A stretch of DNA of 64,000 nt from positions 288,001 through 352,000 of the forward strand of contig CAWBEI010000002.1 in NCBI GenBank assembly GCA_963787835.1, in the 5' to 3' direction. Shown here piece by piece: positions 1-9,370 of this stretch. The DNA comes from Ignavibacteriota bacterium. Its GTDB lineage: Bacteria; Bacteroidota; Ignavibacteria; Palsa-1295. A program made the position numbers and the translations under genes. The notes beneath the pieces are model-generated. The model made no database searches and had not been told where the DNA came from. It saw nothing but the letters and a program-made list of their open reading frames with translations. Within the stretch, counting starts at the first letter, position 1; the number at the start of each line of letters is the position of its first letter.

Positions 1-504
1 GTTACTGGCAATACTATGGTTCCTTCCTCTGAAGTAGGTGCTGAATATGAATTTACTCCATGGACTTCCGCAGGTGTACACATCGGATGGACGAATTTTG
101 CACAATATCAGTCGATCGCATATACAGGTTCCGCTTCAGCCTTACCGAAGGAAGTCCTGGATGTTGATGTGGTAGCAGTTCCGGCGGTTTGGTCTGCACT
201 GGCGGTGACACAAACATTTAACCCGCAGGACAGGGCACGATATTCTCTTTCACTTGCCGGAGGCCCTGCATTCACGCAGCCGATGGGATGGCTTGGCATG
301 ATCGAAGCAAATCTAACCTACGATCTTAGCTCAACGCTAATGTTTCGTGGAGGTGTATCCTACGATATTGCACAACTGAAGCAATCCACTCAAAGCCCGA
401 ATGTTTCTTCCAATTCCACCACCGGAATTATTGTGGCATCGAATGGCGGCACGCTTCTCTCGAATGCATTTGGCGTCACACTCGGCATTACTTTTCGCCC
501 CTAA
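1..504 (+). CDS. Outer-membrane beta-barrel protein, 5'-truncated by the window edge
   Basis: Frame is open from base 1; amphipathic beta-strands ending in GVTLGITFRP. Confidence 0.6.
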   Translation, partial: VTGNTMVPSSEVGAEYEFTPWTSAGVHIGWTNFAQYQSIAYTGSASALPKEVLDVDVVAVPAVWSALAVTQTFNPQDRARYSLSLAGGPAFTQPMGWLGMIEANLTYDLSSTLMFRGGVSYDIAQLKQSTQSPNVSSNSTTGIIVASNGGTLLSNAFGVTLGITFRP

Positions 505-507
505 TTT

Positions 508-2091
508 ATGCGTGGACTGATCATCATCGGCTGCACAGCCCTCGCGGCTGTGTTCGCGAGTTGTGCACAGCAGGTCTCGCCCATTATTTCGCAGCAGCCG
601 GTTGGGAACATTACAAGCTACTTTTGGTGGAACAGTGAAGCGCCCATGCCATTCGAGGATACGTCCACCCATCTTCCTCTCACGCTTAGCTTCGCAAACA
701 ATGCTCAGGGAATGCTTGCTGTCAGTGTGTTTCCCCCGCTGTTCTCTCCGATCGATTGTATCGTGAACGAAGACAGCGTCTATGCTACCGGGTTCTCTCA
801 TGGCTCAACCATCGATCTCGCTCCCGGTTCCTACTTCAGCTCAGATGATACGGAAGTACTCGTTTCCCAGCCGCCTAATGCAGTCGTAACGACAGATGGT
901 AGTCATCAGGTGATCGTTGCTACCGATTCAGGAGTTTATTTCTCTTCTGGAGGTGCAGCGTTCCAATTGGGAGGTCTCTATGGAGAAAACATCACTGCCC
1001 TTACCTTGAACTCGAAGTCATCACTGAACGTTTTTGCGGGAACTTCTACCGGAAAAATTTATCGCACAACTGCACCGCTCAGTACAAGTTCAACGTGGGC
1101 TCTTTATCCCTATTCACTACCGGTCAATGGAGCTATCGGGCAATTGTTATATCTTTCCGGCGATAGCATCGCCACAATAGTCTCCGGACAACCTGGAATT
1201 TATATTTCAACGCTCGGCCCCTGGACCCAACCTACCTATTTATCGGGCAGCAAAGTAAGGGCTCTCGGGAAATTCTCAGTATCAGTTACCAGTTACCTTC
1301 TTGCTGCAACAACCGATGGATACATCGGTGCACATTCTCTGAATAGCTTTGGAACCGATGTTACACCCATGAATATGACCGCTGCGGGAAATATCTATTG
1401 CTTTAGCGCGTCTCCATATCAAACTGTTGCCGGAACCGATGGCGGTGTGTATCAATGGTCGGGGCCTTCTTCGAATACGTGGACTCCTGTGCAGAAACTC
1501 GCCAACTATAAACCGGTAACCTCGCTCGCTCTTGATGCCGATACTCTTATCTTCGTTTCAAAAGGAATTATCGATACAGCCGAACTTGGCACGAATGGAA
1601 CATCAGGGGGACCGAGGCTGCCGATCGACAAGGACTCCGCTGTACAAGTTGGATGGACTTCATCCCTTCCCTGGGCGATCACAACAAAAGGCTATGAGGC
1701 ATCCACTACTCCTGGGAGTTCCCTCGCGCTCATTCCCGGGTTACCCATTGGATTTTGCCCTGACGATACCGGCGGACTTCTTTTGCTTCGCAGCAACCTT
1801 TTTGCGAATGATTCTTCCTGGCGCGCCGGTACGCTCGTAACGGTCACCGATTCCTCCTACCCGATCACGGCACATGTGTTAGCGCATCTCGATAGCCTTC
1901 ATATCTCCGGAATTGCAAAGTCCTTTCCAGATGTTATAATGGTGCGCTACTCCTACGAGGTACCGGGCGAAAAACCGGCAAGTTTTCTTCCGTATTGGAT
2001 CGTTTATTATGCGAAGAACGAGGGTCCGGTCATGTTCGACAATTTCCTTGCAACGGGCAGCCTCTATGAACGGTGGAGTATCCAGCCGTAA
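508..2091 (+). CDS. Lipoprotein with beta-propeller-like repeats
   Basis: Lipobox FASC; repeated VATDSGVY / AGTDGGVY propeller blade motifs. Confidence 0.65.
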   Translation: MRGLIIIGCTALAAVFASCAQQVSPIISQQPVGNITSYFWWNSEAPMPFEDTSTHLPLTLSFANNAQGMLAVSVFPPLFSPIDCIVNEDSVYATGFSHGSTIDLAPGSYFSSDDTEVLVSQPPNAVVTTDGSHQVIVATDSGVYFSSGGAAFQLGGLYGENITALTLNSKSSLNVFAGTSTGKIYRTTAPLSTSSTWALYPYSLPVNGAIGQLLYLSGDSIATIVSGQPGIYISTLGPWTQPTYLSGSKVRALGKFSVSVTSYLLAATTDGYIGAHSLNSFGTDVTPMNMTAAGNIYCFSASPYQTVAGTDGGVYQWSGPSSNTWTPVQKLANYKPVTSLALDADTLIFVSKGIIDTAELGTNGTSGGPRLPIDKDSAVQVGWTSSLPWAITTKGYEASTTPGSSLALIPGLPIGFCPDDTGGLLLLRSNLFANDSSWRAGTLVTVTDSSYPITAHVLAHLDSLHISGIAKSFPDVIMVRYSYEVPGEKPASFLPYWIVYYAKNEGPVMFDNFLATGSLYERWSIQP

Positions 2092-2143
2092 GGTCAAATC
2101 TGATTTTGTGTGCAAGCTGATTTTTTTTCGTATATTTACATAT

Positions 2144-4759
2144 ATGCGTTCCGTCTCTCTGAGGTCGTTGGTCATATTTCTTCTGTTTTTTTTCGTTGCG
2201 GACACTTCCTGCATCGTTGGTGATGCGTGTGCGCAATGGAATAACGTTACACCAAACTTATTAAAAGGAGCCGACACCGTTAGCGCCATGCAATTCCGAG
2301 ATGGGATCGTCTGGGTCGGCAGTTCGAGCCTTTATTCGTCTCCAGATTCTGGAAAAACGTGGTTGCCATGCGTAGCTTTCCCTACGTCTCACATTTCGGA
2401 TATTTCCTTCTACGATAGGCTCCGTGGGCTTGTTGCTACGCTGGATATGGGTTTTTTTATCACGACTGACGGTGGGCTCCATTGGTCGCAGGAATTCCAA
2501 AAGATCAACAGTAGCTTTGTAAAGGTGGGCTATGGCGGATCGGCAACCATCCTGCTCGCGCTCACGATCGATGGGCAATTCTATGAAAGCTCAGATGGTG
2601 GATCGAATTGGAATCCTTCAATCACGGCAGCAAATGGTGTCGTCAACTCCTTTGCCGTTGCATCTGATGGCACCATATACTCCAACAACTCGCAAAGTGT
2701 TTGGGGATCTGTTTCAGTCTCCAGCGATACGGGCCAAACATGGAATCCAAAAGGTGGAACCTATAATAACGATTGCTGGTCCATTTCTGCAGATTCCTGC
2801 GATCCAAACCGGCTCTATCTTGCAAATGAGGAATGGCAGGAAACCGGTAGCAACTCGAATTTTTATCTGAGTACCGATGGCGGGCAAAGCTGGCAAAGCA
2901 CCGATTCCCATCCGGCGCCGTATCTTTCGGGTGCGATGAGCACCACGACCGATGGAATCTTTCTCGGCACTCGCGATGGCAGTGGAATTCACCGATCGAT
3001 GGATCGAGGATTGACATGGAAAAATATCGGCGGACCGAATATCAGCCCCGATACACGAGATCTTGCTACGATAACCGATAATATCCTACTTGCGGCAGAT
3101 TCCGCCGGGAACATTTGGCTCACCACGAATGGCGGTGGCGATTCCGTTCAAAGCCAGCCTGCCGGTACGCTTACGCTTTCACCCAACCAACTTTTCAGCA
3201 CCGATACACTTGCCTGCGTACCCATTCAGCGAGCCATCTCGATCGTGCGCGTTGGCTGCCCGGCGCCACGCTTTGATACTGCCGTTATCGTTGGAGTAGA
3301 TTCAGCCAATTATACAATAGATTATTCGGTCGGTGCTGATTCTATCTATGTTACGTTCCTGCCACAAAAGCCCGGTGCAAATAATGCCGTGCTACGTGCC
3401 CAACTTAACGATGGCACCATCAAAACCGTACAACTTTTTGGCTTTGTCGATACGAGTGTTGGAACGCTTTCAATGACGCCGAATTCTCTCTTTACTTCGG
3501 ACACGCTTCGCTGCGATTCCTTGATCGGTTCGGTGCATCTATCACTGAACGGCTGTCGGCCACCGCAACTTTCTCATATTGGTATCGCGGGGCCGGACAT
3601 GGGCAGCTATCGAATTGTCGATAGCACCAGCGACTCCATCTCTGTGCTCTGGACGTCCCAAAAGCCGGGAGCGCAGCAAGCCTGGCTTGTCGGAACCTTA
3701 AATAACGGCCAGCGGGACAGCGTTAGCCTCAATGGGTTTAGCGCAACAATTCCACTTACCTACTCGATCACGCCATCCAGCCTTTTTAACTCGGACAGCA
3801 TTTATTTCGCTTGCCAGTCTGCCACGCCCTCGAAAATAATGTTGTATGACACCGCATGCATCTGGCCCGATGTGACATCTGAACAGATCGTTGGTGCCGA
3901 TTCCGAAGATTACATTATTTCTAATCCGATCGCTTCGCCGGTCGCAGGATTCGATTCGGTCACTATTTTATTTCAACCAACGGCTCCCGGGCTTCGATCG
4001 GCCACATATCAGCTTACACTTAACGATGGCACCGTCATCAACGTACCCCTTTCGGGAGTCGGACTTGCCGAACACGCCCTCACAGTCTCGGCAGGATCCG
4101 CAACCATATACGCAGATACCATTGGAGATAGTGTTGCAGTTCCGATCACGATCAATGGCCTTGCACACTCGGAAACGGTAGAGATGGTGCTTCATTATCC
4201 GCTTCCCGATCTTGTCTATCGTGGTTCATTCGATGCATCGGGAACGAACGTCGATGTGGCAGGCCAACAATGGCCGGGACGCTCTTTACTCCGAATTCCG
4301 AACGCACAACCCGGCGTAGTCGCCGCGTATGCGCGATTCACTGTATTCAGCGATACGAATTATGAGCCACTTATTTCGTTCGACTCCATGACAGTGCCGA
4401 CAGCAGCGGTAGCATGTGAGTACTCTCTCCCACCTGCAGTCACAACAACTATCATTCCATTGGAAGGCTGTGGGGTCCCAACTCTATCTCGTCTTATCCA
4501 TTTCGGAGAGCTCCCGGAGTTTAGCATTCAGCCCAACCCAACGTCCAGTGGCATGATAGAATTGTCTTCATCGCTGGACTTAGGCGATGTCTCGATCGAA
4601 GTGTATGACATGCTCGGCTCCAAACGAGAAGGTATTGCTGCAACCTTACTGAAGAATGCTCCAACTACTCTTTCCCTCCCATTTGAAAGTGGAATCTATC
4701 TATTGCATATCACAACAGCAGATAACGTATCGAATCTTCGGGTTCTGATCCAGAAATAG
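2144..4759 (+). CDS. T9SS type A cargo: BNR/Asp-box (YCF48-like) propeller plus Ig-like domains
   Basis: Signal peptide from ATG 2144; many S-x-D-x-G-x-x-W boxes; CTD IQPNPT...YDMLG...SGIYLL...VLIQK. Confidence 0.85.
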   Translation: MRSVSLRSLVIFLLFFFVADTSCIVGDACAQWNNVTPNLLKGADTVSAMQFRDGIVWVGSSSLYSSPDSGKTWLPCVAFPTSHISDISFYDRLRGLVATLDMGFFITTDGGLHWSQEFQKINSSFVKVGYGGSATILLALTIDGQFYESSDGGSNWNPSITAANGVVNSFAVASDGTIYSNNSQSVWGSVSVSSDTGQTWNPKGGTYNNDCWSISADSCDPNRLYLANEEWQETGSNSNFYLSTDGGQSWQSTDSHPAPYLSGAMSTTTDGIFLGTRDGSGIHRSMDRGLTWKNIGGPNISPDTRDLATITDNILLAADSAGNIWLTTNGGGDSVQSQPAGTLTLSPNQLFSTDTLACVPIQRAISIVRVGCPAPRFDTAVIVGVDSANYTIDYSVGADSIYVTFLPQKPGANNAVLRAQLNDGTIKTVQLFGFVDTSVGTLSMTPNSLFTSDTLRCDSLIGSVHLSLNGCRPPQLSHIGIAGPDMGSYRIVDSTSDSISVLWTSQKPGAQQAWLVGTLNNGQRDSVSLNGFSATIPLTYSITPSSLFNSDSIYFACQSATPSKIMLYDTACIWPDVTSEQIVGADSEDYIISNPIASPVAGFDSVTILFQPTAPGLRSATYQLTLNDGTVINVPLSGVGLAEHALTVSAGSATIYADTIGDSVAVPITINGLAHSETVEMVLHYPLPDLVYRGSFDASGTNVDVAGQQWPGRSLLRIPNAQPGVVAAYARFTVFSDTNYEPLISFDSMTVPTAAVACEYSLPPAVTTTIIPLEGCGVPTLSRLIHFGELPEFSIQPNPTSSGMIELSSSLDLGDVSIEVYDMLGSKREGIAATLLKNAPTTLSLPFESGIYLLHITTADNVSNLRVLIQK

Positions 4760-4771
4760 GATGCTCGGGTC

Positions 4772-5767
4772 TCACACCAAGCTCATAATCTTCCCCAGCA
4801 CGTCGCTGACACTAATTCCCTCCATACATTCGTGGGTATAAACGGGACACTCCTTGCTTCCGTGTGGCGTGCATGGCCGGCACCATAATCTGGGCAACTC
4901 GATCACTTCAGCAATTGGCGCAGGAGGCACAAAACCAAATGCGGGACTTGTTGGACCAAAGATAGCGAGAACTCTTGTGCCTATTGCTACTGCGGCATGA
5001 ACAGGCGCACTATCGTTTGCTACCAGCAACGTTGCAGCTTGAATGGCGGCCATCGACACAAGAAAGCTCGCTCGACCGGCGAGATCGAGCACCGTATTTT
5101 CAGCATTCGCATCTCGGATATTCATGGCCAGCGCGCGTTCCTCCTCGCCGCCAATGACGATCACACCTATTCCACGATCTGTCAATGCCTTTGCAAGCTC
5201 AAAGAATTTTTTATTGCCCCATTTTTTCGTTTCCCATGCACTGCCGGGAGCAAGTGCAACGATTTTCTTCCATCGAGAAAGGAATGGCACTAATAGTGGC
5301 GCTGCCGGTGGAGCAATGCGTGGGAGGGATTGAATATCTGCGCCTGGAACGATAGCCCGAAGCAGAAGAATAGATCGTTCATAACGATCGGACCAGCCTT
5401 CATCAGACACGGAGTGTGTCAACCCGGCATGCGCCATCGCTTGGAATCCGATCTTTACGTTGCACCCAATACGAGCAGCTACCGCTTGCGACCGGCGAGA
5501 AGCATGTAAAAGAAAAAGCGTATCGAACCCATATTGATTGAGTTCGTCAGCTTTCGCATTAATGCCGGCGATGCCGCGCTCGGAACCATATTTGTCGAAA
5601 GTGATAACCTGATCGACATCCGGCGAACTTGCGACCACGTCCTCAATTCCTGGTCGGACCAAATAGGTGACACGCGCAGAAGATTCTTGCCGCTTTACCT
5701 CACGAGCAAGCCCCAGCGATATGATCGCGTCACCGAGGAAAGCGGTTTCTATGATAAGCGCATTCAT
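4772..5767 (-). CDS. GT9 LPS heptosyltransferase (WaaF/RfaF-like)
   Basis: ETAFLGDAI, PGSAWETKKW, NDSAPVHAAVA, FGPT motifs. Confidence 0.9.
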   Translation of the reverse strand: MNALIIETAFLGDAIISLGLAREVKRQESSARVTYLVRPGIEDVVASSPDVDQVITFDKYGSERGIAGINAKADELNQYGFDTLFLLHASRRSQAVAARIGCNVKIGFQAMAHAGLTHSVSDEGWSDRYERSILLLRAIVPGADIQSLPRIAPPAAPLLVPFLSRWKKIVALAPGSAWETKKWGNKKFFELAKALTDRGIGVIVIGGEEERALAMNIRDANAENTVLDLAGRASFLVSMAAIQAATLLVANDSAPVHAAVAIGTRVLAIFGPTSPAFGFVPPAPIAEVIELPRLWCRPCTPHGSKECPVYTHECMEGISVSDVLGKIMSLV

Positions 5768-6618
5768 GGATTGCCAGTATCTGATGTTTCCTCATTTACA
5801 TGCTTCCATCGCTTGTGCTGCCACAGCCAAAGTTCCGGGCATTCTCGTATGGCTTTTTCCAGAACGGTAGTATGTCTGGCGGTAAGTTCGCGGACGTTCT
5901 CCGGGCTTGCATCGACAAGGTCATCATATGAGACATGATGAAACCGGCAGCGGTATCCATGCCGCGTGCGTTCATACGGTTGAAGAAGAAAAATTGGAGC
6001 ACGCGTTGCAAGCGCAAGCCGAGCGGTGCCTTCGAACGTAGGCACATTCACTCCAAAAAAAGGAACGCGGACATCGTCGGCAGACGCAGCCTGATCGCCG
6101 AGCACCGCGATCACCTCATTGGTACGAAGCGCCCGAAAGATCGCGCGTACATTACCAGCATCGAGCATCCTGTTCCCAAAACGAGACCGCATGCGAACAA
6201 GGAATCGCTCGGCGATCCGAGACCGTTGATTTTTGATAATAACATCGAGCGGCATTTCGAGGCGTAATCCACATCCAAGAGCCAGCCACTCCCAATTCCC
6301 TATGTGTCCTGATAATAAGATAGCTCCGGAAGTAATGGTGGAACCGCTCTGGCCGGGAATTAAAGGTCTGAATTCCTCAAAGTTGGTTATTTCCAAACCT
6401 CGCTCGATCGTGGCTTTGCTAGCAAAACGTAGAAATAGGAATTCGAAAAAAACTTTTCCAAGCGAGGAATAGCACCGCGCAGCGATCAGCCTGCGTTTCG
6501 AGAGCGTCCAATCCGGATAGGCTCTCGAAAGATTATTGAGCGTGACCTGGGATCGAATTCCACACCAAAACGCGATTCGACCGAGCACGCCTCCTACGCA
6601 CCTGAGCAACCACAACAT
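5764..6618 (-). CDS. Lipid A late acyltransferase (HtrB/LpxL family)
   Basis: HIGNWE, LGDQ, VPFFG, PELWLWQHKRWK motifs. Confidence 0.9.
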   Translation of the reverse strand: MLWLLRCVGGVLGRIAFWCGIRSQVTLNNLSRAYPDWTLSKRRLIAARCYSSLGKVFFEFLFLRFASKATIERGLEITNFEEFRPLIPGQSGSTITSGAILLSGHIGNWEWLALGCGLRLEMPLDVIIKNQRSRIAERFLVRMRSRFGNRMLDAGNVRAIFRALRTNEVIAVLGDQAASADDVRVPFFGVNVPTFEGTARLALATRAPIFLLQPYERTRHGYRCRFHHVSYDDLVDASPENVRELTARHTTVLEKAIRECPELWLWQHKRWKHVNEETSDTGNP

Positions 6619-8072
6619 TAGTGCATGAGGCGTTCAGCCTCATTCGCCAGCCAATTAGCGTCATACGTTTCGCCAATCACGTTTGCGCTGACTAAAGAAT
6701 AGCTCCCGCCGCCCTGCCGATCGACAAAATCGAACTCCGCGAAAGATCCGGTCGAGAGACGAATATTGGGGTCAGGGTCGTATTGCCAAATAATGTACGG
6801 CTTATAGCCAGGATCAAAGCTGACGGTTTGGACTGCCTTCGGTGGGCCATAGGTGATATAGACTCGGCCCTGACTTGTTTTCCATCCCGGCGTCCGCTGA
6901 TATGAGTACTTCTTATTCGCGTCATCGACGCGCTTTCTAAAAAGATGGTATTGATCCAGCGGTTGTGACGATTGCATGGCCAGATCCTCATGACGCCAGA
7001 ATGTGAACAGAAATGCTTGCTTTTGGCTTGCAGTCGTTAACTTTTTTGCTGCCTTCTGATCCGTTTCTGTTCCCCAGTACATGGACTGAGCAAGCACTTC
7101 ATCGAGTTCCGCGTCGGACATCTTGACGAAGTCGGAACCCGCAAACAGCACGGAGTCGCTGCCCGCAGACGAGGTATTTTGCTCTGGCGGCTCTTCCGAA
7201 AGATGGATCCCCGAGGAATAGAAAAATGCTTTTTCCGCTTCTGCCTGAACGGCATCCTCGACCTTTGCACGAACACGTAATTTATAGGAGTCGCTGGCAA
7301 GTCCATCGATATCAAGTCCGAGAATGATTGGAACGATCGTGCCGCCGAGCTGAACCTTTTCATCACTCGTGAGAATGGTTTTGCCGGACGCATCGACAAC
7401 ATCCGTGATAACATCGGCAGTTTGTCCGACCGATGTCTGCGGCACATAGATCTCTGAATAATAATAGAGCTTGGTATAATTCTCTCCAAAAACGGCGGAG
7501 GGGTTCGGGGTCACATTAAATCCGGCCTTTTCAAAAGGGCCGGGAGTTCCAACAGACTTCTCGACGGCAGACGCAAGCTCGATCCCGCCAAAGGAATATT
7601 TTGTGGTATCGCGGTCGGGAAGTATAATGGGGATCACAATAGTATCGAAGCCCGCTTTAGAACTTTCACCGCGCTGCCAAATAAAGGCTGCTGCAGTGGA
7701 ACGAGCATACGGCACGATGAACCCCATGGCACCAAGCAGTTTATTCGCGCCGGCAGAATCAAGCTGCGTGCGCGTGCAGGGACAGCGAACCGTGTCGCGA
7801 ATTTCTTTTCGTTGGGCAACACCACCATTCTGCCAAATTTCAATTTTGGAAAAGGTGATGGCTGTATAGACACCGGCGTTTAGTTTAAACAAGAGGGCAC
7901 GCTCGATCACACCGTATTCCAACTCAACTTCGGCCCTGGAACTATCGTAGCGAAGCGCCATCGCATCGGCTTCGAGCGGGCTTTGCGAGCGTGAGATGCG
8001 AGGCATCGCTAGAACGCCGATCGCTATGGCCATCGCAATGGCAAGATTGGAAAAAAATACTTTAGTGTTCAT
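6618..8072 (-). CDS. GWxTD domain-containing exported protein
   Basis: Signal peptide; FW...RVDDANKKY...GWKTSQGRVYITYGPP (variant GWxTS). Confidence 0.85.
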   Translation of the reverse strand: MNTKVFFSNLAIAMAIAIGVLAMPRISRSQSPLEADAMALRYDSSRAEVELEYGVIERALLFKLNAGVYTAITFSKIEIWQNGGVAQRKEIRDTVRCPCTRTQLDSAGANKLLGAMGFIVPYARSTAAAFIWQRGESSKAGFDTIVIPIILPDRDTTKYSFGGIELASAVEKSVGTPGPFEKAGFNVTPNPSAVFGENYTKLYYYSEIYVPQTSVGQTADVITDVVDASGKTILTSDEKVQLGGTIVPIILGLDIDGLASDSYKLRVRAKVEDAVQAEAEKAFFYSSGIHLSEEPPEQNTSSAGSDSVLFAGSDFVKMSDAELDEVLAQSMYWGTETDQKAAKKLTTASQKQAFLFTFWRHEDLAMQSSQPLDQYHLFRKRVDDANKKYSYQRTPGWKTSQGRVYITYGPPKAVQTVSFDPGYKPYIIWQYDPDPNIRLSTGSFAEFDFVDRQGGGSYSLVSANVIGETYDANWLANEAERLMH

Positions 8073-8148
8073 GATCCAAATTCTAAGTTCATCCTTGCTC
8101 TGATTTCAAGCTCTATTCATACCTTGCCACGAACGTCCGAAAACAGCA

Positions 8149-8175
8149 CGGGCGTCCCTTGTTCCGGGACGCCCG
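8149..8175 (-). terminator. GC-rich hairpin after the PorV gene
   Basis: CGGGCGTCCC-N7-GGGACGCCCG. Confidence 0.5.
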
Positions 8176-8216
8176 CTTTACCTTAAAAAGATCGACTCCT
8201 GGAAAGCCCCGACAGT

Positions 8217-9344
8217 TTATTGGAAGGTAGCGCTGATCGAAATTTGATGGATTCCGCCAAGATTCTTCGTGGTATTAAAAGAATAGTCGATGATGCCGGA
8301 AAAATCTTCACTCTTATAGTGAAAACCTGCACCGATTCCAAAGCCAAGCTCGTCCTGATTGAATGCATACCCTGCACGGAGCGAAGCCAGATCATTCCAT
8401 ACATATTCCGCGCCAAGATTATACTGTTCCGGTCCATCGGAATGCGTAGAAAAATCGAAGTCCATATTTAGCTTTTGGTTCTCGACCGTTCCTTGCAGGA
8501 GATCGGTAGCGGCACCGATGCGAAAAATAAGTGGGAGCTGATAGTTTCCGGTATTCAACGAACCCGAAAGCGAATCGCGTACGGCATTGATGTTTCCATT
8601 ATTCGCGATAAAATCCAAGCTGTTGCCAGAGAAATTTCGATCGGGTCCGAGATTTGCAAGATCCATCGAGATCCGTGTATGGTAGAAATCGGTTCGGTAT
8701 TCCGATCCTGCGTCAAAGGCAAATCCACTGGCGCTCATGTCGAGTATGGAGCTTTGCAAATATTTTGCAGTGGCGCCAAAGGAGAAGCGGTCGGTCAGCG
8801 CGCCAGCGATCGTCGCTGCGAACGAAAGATCGTTCGCATTATAATTACCGGCATTTGCAGGCTGCTGGATCGTGGACTGAGCAATGTTACCGTAATCGAC
8901 AAGGGTAAGCGCAAAACCTGCACGGTATTTATCGCTGACGGGAATCGTTACGCCGATAAAATTCTCGGTCACATTACCAAACCAGAGCATTGTGGATGCT
9001 CCGACATTAATGCCTGGAAGGCTTGCAATTCCAGCAGGGTTCCAATAGAGCGAGTAAATATCGTCGGTAAGCGCACTATAAGCGCCGGCCATACCGGAGG
9101 CACGCGCGCCGACCCACAGTTTTGTGAACACAGAACCCGACGAACCCACATTCGTAAAATTCGCACCCGTCGTGCCCTGCGTAACACCGCCTGTTTGCCC
9201 GAACGCATTATGGATCGATACCGAGCACAAAAGCGCAACTGCGATCGCAAGCACTCGCGATCCACGCTTGAATGGGACGTGTCCATGCTGGCTTAGACTC
9301 TTCCGAATCGGGTACTCATTCATCATTTCTATGGTCGATTTCAC
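8217..9344 (-). CDS. PorV/PorQ-family T9SS beta-barrel shuttle
   Basis: VGARASGMAGAY, SLYWNPAG, LRAGY motifs and C-terminal Phe. Start uncertain. Confidence 0.85.
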   Translation of the reverse strand: MKSTIEMMNEYPIRKSLSQHGHVPFKRGSRVLAIAVALLCSVSIHNAFGQTGGVTQGTTGANFTNVGSSGSVFTKLWVGARASGMAGAYSALTDDIYSLYWNPAGIASLPGINVGASTMLWFGNVTENFIGVTIPVSDKYRAGFALTLVDYGNIAQSTIQQPANAGNYNANDLSFAATIAGALTDRFSFGATAKYLQSSILDMSASGFAFDAGSEYRTDFYHTRISMDLANLGPDRNFSGNSLDFIANNGNINAVRDSLSGSLNTGNYQLPLIFRIGAATDLLQGTVENQKLNMDFDFSTHSDGPEQYNLGAEYVWNDLASLRAGYAFNQDELGFGIGAGFHYKSEDFSGIIDYSFNTTKNLGGIHQISISATFQ

Positions 9345-9370
9345 TCTGTTAAAATTGATCTATTATTTCG

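Noticed and set aside
2009-2143. Upstream start of the 916-aa ORF
   Set aside because: Overlaps the previous gene; the signal peptide begins at ATG 2144.
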